In this document: positions 39,625 to 49,511 of the stretch, piece by piece | Layout of the letters: each line of letters opens with the position of its first letter | How positions within the stretch are numbered: position 1 is the stretch's first letter | Source of the DNA: an uncultured Clostridia bacterium | GTDB taxonomy: Bacteria > Bacillota > Clostridia > TANB77 > CAG-508 | Assembly (NCBI GenBank): GCA_928721565.1 | Contig: OV788638.1 | Coordinates: forward strand, 1,666-65,665 | Reading direction: 5' to 3' | Length of the DNA: 64,000 bases | Made by a program: the position numbers and the translations under genes | Notes under the pieces: generated by a model | What the model saw: only the letters and a program-made list of their open reading frames with translations | Databases searched by the model: none | Told to the model about the DNA's origin: nothing

Positions 39625-40323
39625 TTATTCATCATCAGTTTCATCATCATCTTCATTTTCTTCTAGTTCCTCATCTTCTTCACTTTCTTCTTCCAAAGAC
39701 TCATCATCATCTGATATTTCTTCTTCAGAATCCTCCTCAACATAAACAGGTTCATTTAGTTGTTGAACTTTTTGCTTTTTTCCACTTCTAAAAGATATAA
39801 ATACATTCAACACTAAAACTGTGATAATTACAAATACAGAATATATGTTAGTTGCCAATTTATACAAAACTGTCAACAATTTTGATTTATATTTAACAAC
39901 TCCATATATTTGATCAGCTTTAATTTGCGGATCTTCAACACTGCTACTGTTTAAACCTTTAGCATGGAAATTTAAATTGCCACTAGCATCAGTTTCTATA
40001 GCAACAACATTATGCATAATTATTTTTCCATTATAGTCCCCATATTTACCAAGATAAACGATATCATCTCCAACTTTAATATTTTTAGGATCTATTTGTT
40101 TACTTATTACAACTTCCCCAACATCATATGCAGGCTCCATACTTCCTGTAATTACTCTAAACATTCTGTATCCAGCAACAGATCTATTACTGTCTGTAAT
40201 TTTTTGTAATATAATAACTGCTGCTAATATCAAGCATAATATAACAAGTATTTGATATAATATCTTTAATATTATTTTAATTACCTTCTTGGAATCTTTC
40301 CTTTGCTTAATATTATTTTCCAT
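39625..40323 (-). CDS. sipW: SipW-type (archaeal/ER-type, S26B) signal peptidase I paralog 1, with a poly-acidic C-terminal tail
   Basis: One N-terminal TM helix, then the Ser box ITGSMEP, the His box IMHNVV, AKGLNSSSVEDP in place of the canonical KGDNN, a C-terminal TM helix, and then about 45 residues rich in E/D/S. Confidence 0.75.
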   Translation of the reverse strand: MENNIKQRKDSKKVIKIILKILYQILVILCLILAAVIILQKITDSNRSVAGYRMFRVITGSMEPAYDVGEVVISKQIDPKNIKVGDDIVYLGKYGDYNGKIIMHNVVAIETDASGNLNFHAKGLNSSSVEDPQIKADQIYGVVKYKSKLLTVLYKLATNIYSVFVIITVLVLNVFISFRSGKKQKVQQLNEPVYVEEDSEEEISDDDESLEEESEEDEELEENEDDDETDDE

Positions 40324-40337
40324 AATTCTTACCTCTT

Positions 40338-40946
40338 TTATATATTGTAATTATCTCTAAGCTTTTTAATCTCATATTTTTTTCTTTTTATTTTTCTGTT
40401 ATTTTTTTGGTTATCTCTAAAATTCATTAAGAAATAAACAATAATAACAAAAATAAAAATATTAATAAACCCCCTAACGTTTTGTATATAATGAACTACT
40501 TTTCCCAATTTAGGGACAGTGCATAATACTTTACCATAAATATTTTTGCTTTCCACTAAATCTTTATCTTGAACTTCATTGTTATCACCTTTAGTAATAA
40601 ACCTAACATCTCCCTTTTCATCTGTACTTTTTACTATTCTATGTGAAATCACCCTGTTTTCCTGTTTAAATGTTATAATATCACCTATTTGCAAATCACT
40701 AATTTTGCACTTTTTAACAATTGCCAAATCATCTTTATAAAACGTAGGCTCCATACTTTCAGAAATTATATTAAACATATATATTCCCAAAATATGTGTA
40801 TTTTCTTCAAATGACAAAATTAGATTTATTATAAAAAGTACTATTAAGATTACAAGTATTATACACTTAAAAATTTTTCTTGTCACTTTTTTATTTCTAA
40901 TTTTACTAGAAATTTTTTCAACATCATATTCCAATTTTGCTCTCAC
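40338..40946 (-). CDS. sipW: SipW-type signal peptidase I paralog 2, with a basic C-terminal tail
   Basis: ISESMEP (Ser), ISHRIV (His), ITKGDNNE (Asp) and a C-terminal TM helix, followed by a K/R-rich tail. Confidence 0.8.
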   Translation of the reverse strand: MRAKLEYDVEKISSKIRNKKVTRKIFKCIILVILIVLFIINLILSFEENTHILGIYMFNIISESMEPTFYKDDLAIVKKCKISDLQIGDIITFKQENRVISHRIVKSTDEKGDVRFITKGDNNEVQDKDLVESKNIYGKVLCTVPKLGKVVHYIQNVRGFINIFIFVIIVYFLMNFRDNQKNNRKIKRKKYEIKKLRDNYNI

Positions 40947-40968
40947 CCTATATAATTTTCTTTTGCAT

Positions 40969-42585
40969 TTACTTTTTAAGCATTTCTTTTACAGTTGTAA
41001 TATATTCTAAATCTTCAATAGAATATTTGCTTTTTTTAATATTATTATAATTACTTATAATTTTAACTTTTTTAATTAAGTCTTCTATATTATCCTCTTG
41101 AAAATTCTCTTTAGAAACTTGCATTCCAAATAATTTATATTTGTCTTTAATTATAACAGCCAACTCTTTGGTATCACTAATTTTTATATAATTTATAACT
41201 GAAAAGTTAGAAAAATTAATAAAATCTCTAATCTTTTTAGCAGTTTGTCCAATTTCTTTATCTGTTATTTCCTCATTTTTCTTTATCATTGCTTTAGCCA
41301 TAAACCAATAATAGTTGCTTGCAAGTTTTAATACATCTAATAATGATGAAGTTTCATCTATATTTTCTACTATTTTCTTCTTCAAAATTTCTTCATCTAA
41401 TTTCATATAAGCCTTTTTTAATTCTAATATCAAATTATTTCTTTGCAAAATAGATGCACTATCTTTTTTATTATTCTTCTTTTTTCCAAAAAGTCCCATT
41501 TTAGGCTTATCTATTTTTCCATTCAATTTAAAAATTTCAGACTTTAATTTCTTAATATTCTCTCTAGTCAAATCATATTCTGTTTTTTTAACTTTTTTAT
41601 TTTTATTTTCTTCAATCTTTTTTAGTTCCTCATCTTTAATTTGTAATATTTCATCAACTAAAAATTTATATTCAGAATATTTAGCATACTCATCTAAATT
41701 AGCATTCAATTTTTCAATGTTTTCATCCATCTCAGCTTTTTCAAGATCTGACATTTTTGAAACTTCTTTAGAAGTCAACTCAAGATATATCTTTTGATAA
41801 TTATCGCCTTTATAATCATTTATATTTAAAGCTCCTGTATAAAATTTATCAAGTATAATCTTATTATCTGTTGCTTCAATAGATTTCTTTTTCTTAATCA
41901 GCTCTGATTTCTTCTCCTCAACACCATCTGTTGTTAACTTAAATTCTTTTAAAATCTCCTCTGACTTATTCTCATAAAATTTATCAATTTCATTTTCATA
42001 TTTATCATAAATATATCTAATATTCGCATACAAATGTGCTACAACATCAGAACATTCCCAATAAACCTTTTCAAAAGTATTTTTAATTTTTTCAGAGTTG
42101 ATATTTCCATCATAAGCCTCTTGCAACAAAACAATCATATATTTTTTAGAATATTCACTTATATCAAAATCATTTTCATTTAACTTAATTCCCACATTCT
42201 CAAACTGTTTAACACAATCAATTAACTCTTTATTTAATCTCTCCAAATTACTTTTGTAATATCCATTTATATTATATGTAGCTCGATCAAGCCCCATTTT
42301 TTCAAATGATGAACGAGTATCAGTATTTTTTACAGCAACATCATATCTCATAATTTCTGTTTCAATCTGAGGAATTTCTTGATTCTCCTCAACAGCAGTG
42401 AGTTCGTTGAATCTGGTTTCTATTTCTTTTAATAGCATTTCATTTACTTCATCATATTTATCAGTCATATCTTTTATTGTCTGTGCTAAAGTTTTTATAG
42501 CTTTAATCCCATTTCTTGGCAAAACTGAAATAACTTCTTTATCTGTTGTTATTTGTTTTTCTACATTTTCAACTAATTCTTTCAT
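40969..42585 (-). CDS. Hypothetical 538-aa coiled-coil protein (no recognisable domain)
   Basis: Lys/Glu-rich, predicted helical, no TM or signal peptide. It lies inside the SipW locus. Confidence 0.45.
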   Translation of the reverse strand: MKELVENVEKQITTDKEVISVLPRNGIKAIKTLAQTIKDMTDKYDEVNEMLLKEIETRFNELTAVEENQEIPQIETEIMRYDVAVKNTDTRSSFEKMGLDRATYNINGYYKSNLERLNKELIDCVKQFENVGIKLNENDFDISEYSKKYMIVLLQEAYDGNINSEKIKNTFEKVYWECSDVVAHLYANIRYIYDKYENEIDKFYENKSEEILKEFKLTTDGVEEKKSELIKKKKSIEATDNKIILDKFYTGALNINDYKGDNYQKIYLELTSKEVSKMSDLEKAEMDENIEKLNANLDEYAKYSEYKFLVDEILQIKDEELKKIEENKNKKVKKTEYDLTRENIKKLKSEIFKLNGKIDKPKMGLFGKKKNNKKDSASILQRNNLILELKKAYMKLDEEILKKKIVENIDETSSLLDVLKLASNYYWFMAKAMIKKNEEITDKEIGQTAKKIRDFINFSNFSVINYIKISDTKELAVIIKDKYKLFGMQVSKENFQEDNIEDLIKKVKIISNYNNIKKSKYSIEDLEYITTVKEMLKK

Positions 42586-42755
42586 GAATTTTCCTCCTCT
42601 AATTTCTTAACCGTATCATATTCGCTATTTAAAAACTTTAAAAAACTTTCAACTTGTTTTTGGACATCCAATAATTCTCTATTTTCTAATTTTGATGTTT
42701 TTATATTTTTTATTTCCATTAAAACTCACTCCCTATCTTATTTTTTTATAAGTAA

Positions 42756-43403
42756 TTATACTGTACTATCTGGTATATATTGATTAAATTTCATAGTTGC
42801 TCTATATTTTAAAGTTGTATGTAAATCATTTGAATCACTATTAGTCTCTCCTCTGAACTGAGTATCTTCTTTATTATTCATTGTATTTTTATCTCCATCA
42901 TTCCATCTAAACAAAACCCTAATCTCACGTTTTTTCTCTCCAGCACTATTAACATCAGTATCTGGATCAATTACTCCTGTTATTGTATTTGTCTCAGTTA
43001 TAGTAGAAGTATCTCCATCAATCACTTCATAACCATAAATCTCAAAATCAGTTAGTTTTGTAGTATTTAATTGCTCTATAGAAAAATCATACTCAAAAGC
43101 CACATCAACATAAGTATAATCTATTAACATTTCAAAATAACCCTCTCGTCCCGGAACCAAAGTATTATTACTATTCATATTTTCATTTTCAACAAATATT
43201 GGTTGCATAACTTCAGTAAGAGATGATTCTTCATGTATAGTGTGATCATTTACCTTAATCAACCATCTTTTAATATGTGTATCGTAAGTAGTATCAACTT
43301 TTTCAAAATATCTAGCATATGTTCTTTGTATTGATATAATAGTAATAAGTAAAGAAATAATGCATAATATTTGTAAAGCTCTTAATTTAGTTTTCTTTTT
43401 CAT
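42756..43403 (-). CDS. Secreted protein with a SipW-cognate-like signal (TasA-class), 215 aa
   Basis: N-terminus ...ILCIISLLITIISIQRTYARYFEKVDT. It overlaps the downstream sipW paralog by 4 nt. Confidence 0.55.
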   Translation of the reverse strand: MKKKTKLRALQILCIISLLITIISIQRTYARYFEKVDTTYDTHIKRWLIKVNDHTIHEESSLTEVMQPIFVENENMNSNNTLVPGREGYFEMLIDYTYVDVAFEYDFSIEQLNTTKLTDFEIYGYEVIDGDTSTITETNTITGVIDPDTDVNSAGEKKREIRVLFRWNDGDKNTMNNKEDTQFRGETNSDSNDLHTTLKYRATMKFNQYIPDSTV

Positions 43404-43975
43404 CTACTTTCCCTTTCATATCTATCTTGTCTTTCTCTAAAAATTCTAAATCCTATATATATAGATAATGGTACTATTGCTCCAAAATAAAATACATATT
43501 TATTATTTAGCAATCTACAAATAAATGACAAAATGTACATTTTACTTTGAACCACTCCATTTATTTGATGTGCATATACAACAGGATCTTCTAAGTTATT
43601 AGCAATACCCTGAGTATGAAAAACTCTTTGTCCATCAATTTCTTCAATATCTTTTACTCTATGTGTTACCAAAATTCCATTTACAGCCCCAGTTTCACCT
43701 TGATATGTTACATCTTCACCGACCTGTATTTTATTAGTATCTGTTTCTTTTACTAAAATAACATCACCAACTTGGTATTTAGGAATCATACTTCCTGTTT
43801 GAACTCTAAAAATTCTATATCCAAAAAATGATTGTTTATTATTTGTTACTTTTTGTATAACTATTACTATACAAATTAAAATAATTATAGCAGTTATTAT
43901 CTTTGATATCACTTTCCATGCAATATGTAATATTTTCTTTATCTGGTCATTTGGGACCGGTTCTCTTTTGTCCAT
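43400..43975 (-). CDS. sipW: SipW-type signal peptidase I paralog 3; the first 10 codons, including the ATG, are encoded by a palindromic repeat unit
   Basis: VQTGSMIP (Ser), VTHRV (His), QGIANNLEDP. The N-terminus MDKREPVPNDQ is the translation of a GAACCGGTCC unit (43944-43975). Confidence 0.75.
   Translation of the reverse strand: MDKREPVPNDQIKKILHIAWKVISKIITAIIILICIVIVIQKVTNNKQSFFGYRIFRVQTGSMIPKYQVGDVILVKETDTNKIQVGEDVTYQGETGAVNGILVTHRVKDIEEIDGQRVFHTQGIANNLEDPVVYAHQINGVVQSKMYILSFICRLLNNKYVFYFGAIVPLSIYIGFRIFRERQDRYERESR
43944..43975. repeat. Single palindromic repeat unit that forms the 5' end of the sipW paralog 3 ORF
   Basis: On the minus strand, ATGGACAAAAGAGAACCGGTCCCAAATGACCAG, which sits two nucleotides downstream of the preceding gene's stop codon. 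Confidence 0.8.
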
Positions 43976-43977
43976 TT

Positions 43978-45102
43978 TTATTTTAACCTCACTTCTTTTA
44001 CTCTTCCCATATATTTATCTATTCTTTCTTTAAATTTATCTTCAATAGGTTTTAAAGAAATCAATTTTCTAGTTTTCATAACTATCAATTTGTCTGCAAT
44101 CATCTGTTTTAACTCTTTATCTGACATTTCAGGATTAAGTTCAATTATCCTCTCTATCAAATTATCTGTCAATTCTTTTCTTGCCTTTTTATCCTCTAGC
44201 GCACTCTTTTTTTGTCCCTTCATTTTTTCTTCAAGATTATTGTTTTTAAAAATCAAATGCATTAGATACATATTTTCATCAACTAATTTTTTTGCTACTC
44301 CTTTTTCCTCATAAGTTTTGTTTGACTTTACAGACTTATCTTTTATTTCTAATTGATCACTCAAATAATTCCATAATTTTACTGCATATTGAAAATGTAC
44401 ATTTTTTAACAATACATTAGTCATTTTTAAAGGAGATTTAACAAGTGTAACTCGCTTAGCTTGTAATAATTGATATACATTAGTTGCTTTAAGGTCTTTT
44501 ATCTGCTTTTTTATTGCCTGAATTCTTTCTGCTGTTCCAGCAGATTTTTTAACACCTATGTTACTTTCTGTTGAATAGTTAAAATTAACTTTTATTTTTT
44601 CTTTTTTGTATTTAATTTCTGCTTCATAATCTGCTTTTTGCTCATTTTTACCTTTATATTCAGTTTGTTCATCTTTTTCACGTAAATACATATAATCTTC
44701 AATCAATTTTATAAGACTGTATAAAAATCTATTTTCATATGTAATAAATGTTTCTTCTTTATAAGCATTTAATATCTTTTTAGGTATAACTTCTCCTGTA
44801 TTTTGGTTAAATCTATCAACATAATTTACATTTTTAGACAAATGTTTTACACTTTCCACAGTTACTTTTTTGATTAATTCTATTTTAATTATCTCTTCTT
44901 CTGTAACAATATTCTTTATTTCCTTTGTTAAAGCCCTTTCTATATGTGGAAGTGAAAATTCAAGCATATCAATCCATTCATCATTTTCAACAATTTGACT
45001 CTTATTAACATCTAGCATTAATTTTGAATCAACTTTGCTAAGAAATTCCTGTGATGACTGTCCACTCTCCATATTGGCAAGTTTCATTACATTTAAGTCC
45101 AT
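43978..45102 (-). CDS. Hypothetical 374-aa protein, candidate McrC-N-terminal/DUF2357-like partner of the adjacent McrB-like NTPase (no nuclease motif seen)
   Basis: Its position is immediately downstream of the McrB-like gene. The internal TYENRFLYSL segment is reminiscent of DUF2357. No PD-(D/E)xK motif is visible in the C-terminal third. Confidence 0.35.
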   Translation of the reverse strand: MDLNVMKLANMESGQSSQEFLSKVDSKLMLDVNKSQIVENDEWIDMLEFSLPHIERALTKEIKNIVTEEEIIKIELIKKVTVESVKHLSKNVNYVDRFNQNTGEVIPKKILNAYKEETFITYENRFLYSLIKLIEDYMYLREKDEQTEYKGKNEQKADYEAEIKYKKEKIKVNFNYSTESNIGVKKSAGTAERIQAIKKQIKDLKATNVYQLLQAKRVTLVKSPLKMTNVLLKNVHFQYAVKLWNYLSDQLEIKDKSVKSNKTYEEKGVAKKLVDENMYLMHLIFKNNNLEEKMKGQKKSALEDKKARKELTDNLIERIIELNPEMSDKELKQMIADKLIVMKTRKLISLKPIEDKFKERIDKYMGRVKEVRLK

Positions 45103-45128
45103 TTACTTTTTCTATCCTTTCCAAATTA

Positions 45129-46682
45129 TTATGACATTTTCTTCAATCTTAATAAAAATTCTGTACATTCAGCCATTTTTCCTTTTCCAAAATTCTTATC
45201 CAAAAACTCTATATACCCATCAATTTCATCTCTAATTAAAGCTAAGTTAAGAGCTTCAAATTTTCTTAAAACTTTTTTAGCCATAAAATAATCTACAGCC
45301 TCAGTTTCATCTCCACCGCAAGCTACATAAACAGGTACGAATTTTCTCATATGTTTTACAATACGGTTACCAAAAGCAACTCTAAAGTGTTTTATTGTAT
45401 AGTTATCCATATCATCAATTTTCTTTAAAGTAGCTGGTGATATGGCATAATCAACCATTGCTTTTTCAAATAAGCCATTTAAGTATGAATAATTTACATC
45501 AATAGCATCTACATCATCTGGTTCAAATGCAATACCTTTTTCATTTATATCTATAGGCATAGCTCTATCATATACCTTATCTGTTACCATGAAAGTAGAA
45601 TCATCATTATTGATTGTTCCTATGTACCAAGCATTTGGTGGAATTTGCAATTTTCCTCTCATTAACTTCTTTGGATCTGTTGGCCATGAACTTTGTACAA
45701 CTTCAATCTTCCAATCTTTTGTACTATGCATTTCTAGAATTGACAACATTTCTGCAAAATAGTACTCAACACGTGCCAAGTTCATCTCGTCCAAAATTAC
45801 TGTAAATATCTCATCTGTATATCCTGCTTCATACAAATATGCTAAAAAATCTGTTTCATTAAACTTCTTTGTAAATTCATTTAAATATCCAAATATATCT
45901 GTTCTATCTCTCCAAGAGGGCTGTACAGAAGCAACACAAGATGGATGTTTTACAAAGTTACCCCATGCAAGAGATATAGATGTTTTACCAGTACCAGAAA
46001 TACCCTGTAATATAACTAATTTGGTTGATGCAATTGCTGATACAAACAATCTTATCATTTTCTCACTATAATATAATTTTAATTTGCTTGCAGCAAAATT
46101 TCTAAACATATAACAAAACTCTGGTAATGAAAAACTATCATGATAATCTTTTTGTTTATATTTTGCATATTCTTGATCTATTAAAGTCAACTTAGAAAAT
46201 CTGCTTTGACTACTAGGATCAATCTGTTCTTCATTATTAGCTTGTGATTGAGCTGCTGCTAATGCTGCCTTATCTGCACCAGTACTTATTCCATTTGGGT
46301 TTACACCTAATTCTGGAGTTTTCATAGATAATAATTTCAACTTTTCATCAACCAGTTCTTCAACTTGATCATTTAAAGTATCAATCTGTTTTAACAATTC
46401 TTCTTGGTCAATAATCTTCTTTCTCCACTTCATATGTCTTTTTAAAAACATTGCTATTATACCAATAATTCCACCAATAACTACAATCATACAAATAATA
46501 GCTAAACCTGTTAAAAACCACTCTGACATTTTAAAATCATTTGCATAACTTTGAATTATATAATAATATTCAGGAATATTAAAAATACTAAATATTCCCT
46601 TTCTTAATCCTCCAAATATCTCTCCAAATCCAGAAAAGAATTGGTGTAAAAATTCAAATAAAAATCTTCCGTATGTTTCCAT
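45129..46682 (-). CDS. Membrane-anchored McrB-like AAA+ (AAA_5) GTPase/ATPase
   Basis: An N-terminal TM helix (WFLTGLAIICMIVVIGGIIGIIAMFL) and a coiled-coil linker are followed by Walker A LQGISGTGKTS and an McrB-type Walker B/sensor VILDEMNLARVEYYFAEMLSILE (compare McrB IIDEINRAN..FGE). Confidence 0.6.
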   Translation of the reverse strand: METYGRFLFEFLHQFFSGFGEIFGGLRKGIFSIFNIPEYYYIIQSYANDFKMSEWFLTGLAIICMIVVIGGIIGIIAMFLKRHMKWRKKIIDQEELLKQIDTLNDQVEELVDEKLKLLSMKTPELGVNPNGISTGADKAALAAAQSQANNEEQIDPSSQSRFSKLTLIDQEYAKYKQKDYHDSFSLPEFCYMFRNFAASKLKLYYSEKMIRLFVSAIASTKLVILQGISGTGKTSISLAWGNFVKHPSCVASVQPSWRDRTDIFGYLNEFTKKFNETDFLAYLYEAGYTDEIFTVILDEMNLARVEYYFAEMLSILEMHSTKDWKIEVVQSSWPTDPKKLMRGKLQIPPNAWYIGTINNDDSTFMVTDKVYDRAMPIDINEKGIAFEPDDVDAIDVNYSYLNGLFEKAMVDYAISPATLKKIDDMDNYTIKHFRVAFGNRIVKHMRKFVPVYVACGGDETEAVDYFMAKKVLRKFEALNLALIRDEIDGYIEFLDKNFGKGKMAECTEFLLRLKKMS

Positions 46683-46728
46683 ATATTTTTCTTCCTTTCG
46701 AAAATTACATCATCACATTTGTAGCACT

Positions 46729-47772
46729 CTATTGAAAAATAACATTACTTAATGAATTATCTTTCTTTAATTCTTTGTATAATACTAATTCTTTTGGCGC
46801 TATAACTAATTTAAACATCTTTAATTTTTCTACATCCTCAACACTTTTTACTAAATCATCTAATGTAATGACAAAATTATAACCTAATTTAGTATAATCA
46901 AGTACACTCTTTTGATTTTTAATATAATCTGAATATTTAATATTCAGATTAATTTTTTCTTGTAAAGCCTGATTACTAATTAACGCTAGAATACTATTCA
47001 TTTTTTGTTTTTTCTTAAATAAAGAACTTGTAAATTCCGCTATGTAAGAATCTTTAAAATTACCATTTATAATATCTCTTATTGAAACTACACTCAACAA
47101 AATATACTCAATTTGTAGTTTATCTTCTGCAATAATTCCTTCTTCAAAAACTTTTTCTATTGCAGATTCACTATACTGCATTGGCATTCTAACATCATGT
47201 TCTAAACTCACATAATAAACATCTTCTGAAAAATCTGTATTTTCAAATTTTAGTGCAAATTCATCTGTTTCAAATTTTTCTAAAAAAACATCTTTTTCTA
47301 TCATATCACTATTAACTTCTTTATAAAGTTTATTTTCAGCATCTTGTGGTACTTTAATATTTAATGAAGAACTAACTAACTCAAAAATTTTTTCAACAAT
47401 TTCTTTTACACTATCAATTGTTTTAAAATTTTCAACATTTCTTACATTATCAAAAAATAATACATAACCAAAAACTTCTTTTATAATATGAATTAAATTC
47501 AATTTAGCTTGTTTTTCATCTAATGACTCAGATTCTTCTTCACATTTTTCCATCAAGATATCCTCTTTGTATTCGAGCTCATCTAATATTCTTAAATAAA
47601 ATGCTCTAGCAGGCTTATCTGTATTTTTAATATTATAATATCTAGCATTTATATATGTTCTTAAATACTCATTTACCAAGTCTTCATCATAATATGTGCT
47701 AAATATTATCTTCATATATTTTTTGATTTTTTTCTCTGTAAAATTCAAATATGTGTCCATTAAATTGTTCAT
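46729..47772 (-). CDS. Hypothetical 347-aa cytoplasmic protein
   Basis: No recognisable domain. It is co-oriented and tightly spaced within the SipW locus. Confidence 0.45.
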   Translation of the reverse strand: MNNLMDTYLNFTEKKIKKYMKIIFSTYYDEDLVNEYLRTYINARYYNIKNTDKPARAFYLRILDELEYKEDILMEKCEEESESLDEKQAKLNLIHIIKEVFGYVLFFDNVRNVENFKTIDSVKEIVEKIFELVSSSLNIKVPQDAENKLYKEVNSDMIEKDVFLEKFETDEFALKFENTDFSEDVYYVSLEHDVRMPMQYSESAIEKVFEEGIIAEDKLQIEYILLSVVSIRDIINGNFKDSYIAEFTSSLFKKKQKMNSILALISNQALQEKINLNIKYSDYIKNQKSVLDYTKLGYNFVITLDDLVKSVEDVEKLKMFKLVIAPKELVLYKELKKDNSLSNVIFQ

Positions 47773-47787
47773 TTTTTGTCTCCTTGA

Positions 47788-48375
47788 TTATTCAATTATC
47801 TGTTTAGCATTCAAATCTAATTTTATGTATTCAATCAAATCTGAATATTCTGCATTTGTATCATTAGCCTTTGGAAATGTTACTTTTATAACAAAGTTAT
47901 CAGTAATATCTGTCCCTTGATTCATCTGATCTGCATCTAATGATATTCTTCTATAATATGTTCCGTCATCATCTGTAATTATCTCTTGCTTTGCATTAAG
48001 AATTGTTCCATTTTTAACTATTTGATATTCTAATGGTAAATTTGTTGTAGTTTTTAATACAATTTCATACTCCAAATCAGTTTCTGCCCTTTTGCTTATA
48101 GTACCATCATCTTCTTTTTTAAAGTTTGATACTGAAAATGTATAATCAAAAGAATCATTTGAAGGATATATATCTTTTATTAAAATTGTTCCAGATTTAA
48201 AATCATTATCTAATATCCAAAATGCAACATCTACATCTTTATCAGATTTAGCAGTAGTTTCATATCTTGCCAGTGTCCTTCTTAATAAAATAATTGCTAT
48301 AATTATTATTGCTATTAAAATAAGTACTATAAGACTCTTTTTTATCTTTTTTTTATCAAACATCTTTTTCCTCAC
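47788..48375 (-). CDS. Secreted protein with a SipW-cognate-like signal (TasA-class), 195 aa
   Basis: N-terminus ...LILIAIIIIAIILLRRTLARYETTAKSD. It overlaps the downstream sipW paralog by 20 nt. Confidence 0.55.
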   Translation of the reverse strand: MRKKMFDKKKIKKSLIVLILIAIIIIAIILLRRTLARYETTAKSDKDVDVAFWILDNDFKSGTILIKDIYPSNDSFDYTFSVSNFKKEDDGTISKRAETDLEYEIVLKTTTNLPLEYQIVKNGTILNAKQEIITDDDGTYYRRISLDADQMNQGTDITDNFVIKVTFPKANDTNAEYSDLIEYIKLDLNAKQIIE

Positions 48376-48889
48376 CTATTTTTTCTTTATATGAAACTAG
48401 TAGTATAAATAAGATAACTGTTATACTAATTGGTATTATTACATGCATATCTGAAAATACTTTTTTCCAAACCTCAACATTATTTATAATTGCAACTTCT
48501 TTTCCTATAATCTCATTTTTAGTTATAGGCTCATCTTCTGTATTATTATAATCACCTTTTGTTATTATAGTATCTCCATCTATACTTACTATTCTATGTG
48601 TAATTAACACATTGTCCTTTTTGTATGTTATAATATCATTTTCCTTTATTTCATCACCTATTTTGATTATTACAATATCACCTTTTTCCATTGTTGGTGA
48701 CATACTTCCAGTTTCTGTGCTAAATACTGAATAGCCAAAAATATCAATATACTCTTTATTTTGCACATTTAATTGTACCAAACCCCATATTACAATAATA
48801 GCAATGATACTTAATACTAATATTATCAAATTAACTATAACTTTTTTTATAACCTCAAATATTTTATTATGTTCCATTGCCAATTCCAT
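48356..48889 (-). CDS. sipW: SipW-type signal peptidase I paralog 4
   Basis: TETGSMSP (Ser), ITHRIV (His), ITKGDYNN (Asp) and a C-terminal TM helix. Confidence 0.8.
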   Translation of the reverse strand: MELAMEHNKIFEVIKKVIVNLIILVLSIIAIIVIWGLVQLNVQNKEYIDIFGYSVFSTETGSMSPTMEKGDIVIIKIGDEIKENDIITYKKDNVLITHRIVSIDGDTIITKGDYNNTEDEPITKNEIIGKEVAIINNVEVWKKVFSDMHVIIPISITVILFILLVSYKEKIGEEKDV

Positions 48890-49508
48890 CTCCTGTATAT
48901 TGTTTCAAATTTATTTCTAATGGTATAGATATTTTAGCATCAACAGTTTCTCCTAATTCTGAATCACTAGCATTATTTCCCTCATCATTTTCCCACTCAA
49001 AATATAATTTTAGGTGGTTTAAATACTTGTCATTTATTTTTGATATTGGTATTAGTGCTTGATGTTCATGTAAATCTATATTTGTATTTACATCTGCATT
49101 AGTAATTTGTTCTGTTTCACCATCTTTTTGAAAATAATTTTCTACTTTAACTAATTTCATCTTTGCTTTTGTTATATCATCAAACTTCATATTAAGTGTA
49201 TACATAATAGAAACATCTGTATTGGTTGGATCTATTATTATATCAAAACATGCCTGAGTTCCAGGTGCTATTTTTTGACTCTTAACATGATTAGAATCAA
49301 TATATGTAAGATTGTCTTCTGTCATGTTAAAAGTCAAATTTTCGTCACCTGAAGAAATGTCTGAGCCATTTACTTTTATTGCCCATACACCTAATAAATC
49401 TGTATAATCTCCTTGTAGCTGATCTTTGTATAATGCATACATTCTAGCTATTTGGAACAAAGATATAATTAACATTATTAATACTAAAATTCTTAATAAT
49501 TTCTTCAT
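48867..49508 (-). CDS. Secreted protein with a SipW-cognate-like signal (TasA-class), 213 aa
   Basis: N-terminus ...LVLIMLIISLFQIARMYALYKDQLQG. It overlaps sipW paralog 4 by 23 nt. Confidence 0.55.
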   Translation of the reverse strand: MKKLLRILVLIMLIISLFQIARMYALYKDQLQGDYTDLLGVWAIKVNGSDISSGDENLTFNMTEDNLTYIDSNHVKSQKIAPGTQACFDIIIDPTNTDVSIMYTLNMKFDDITKAKMKLVKVENYFQKDGETEQITNADVNTNIDLHEHQALIPISKINDKYLNHLKLYFEWENDEGNNASDSELGETVDAKISIPLEINLKQYTGDGIGNGT

Positions 49509-49511
49509 TTA

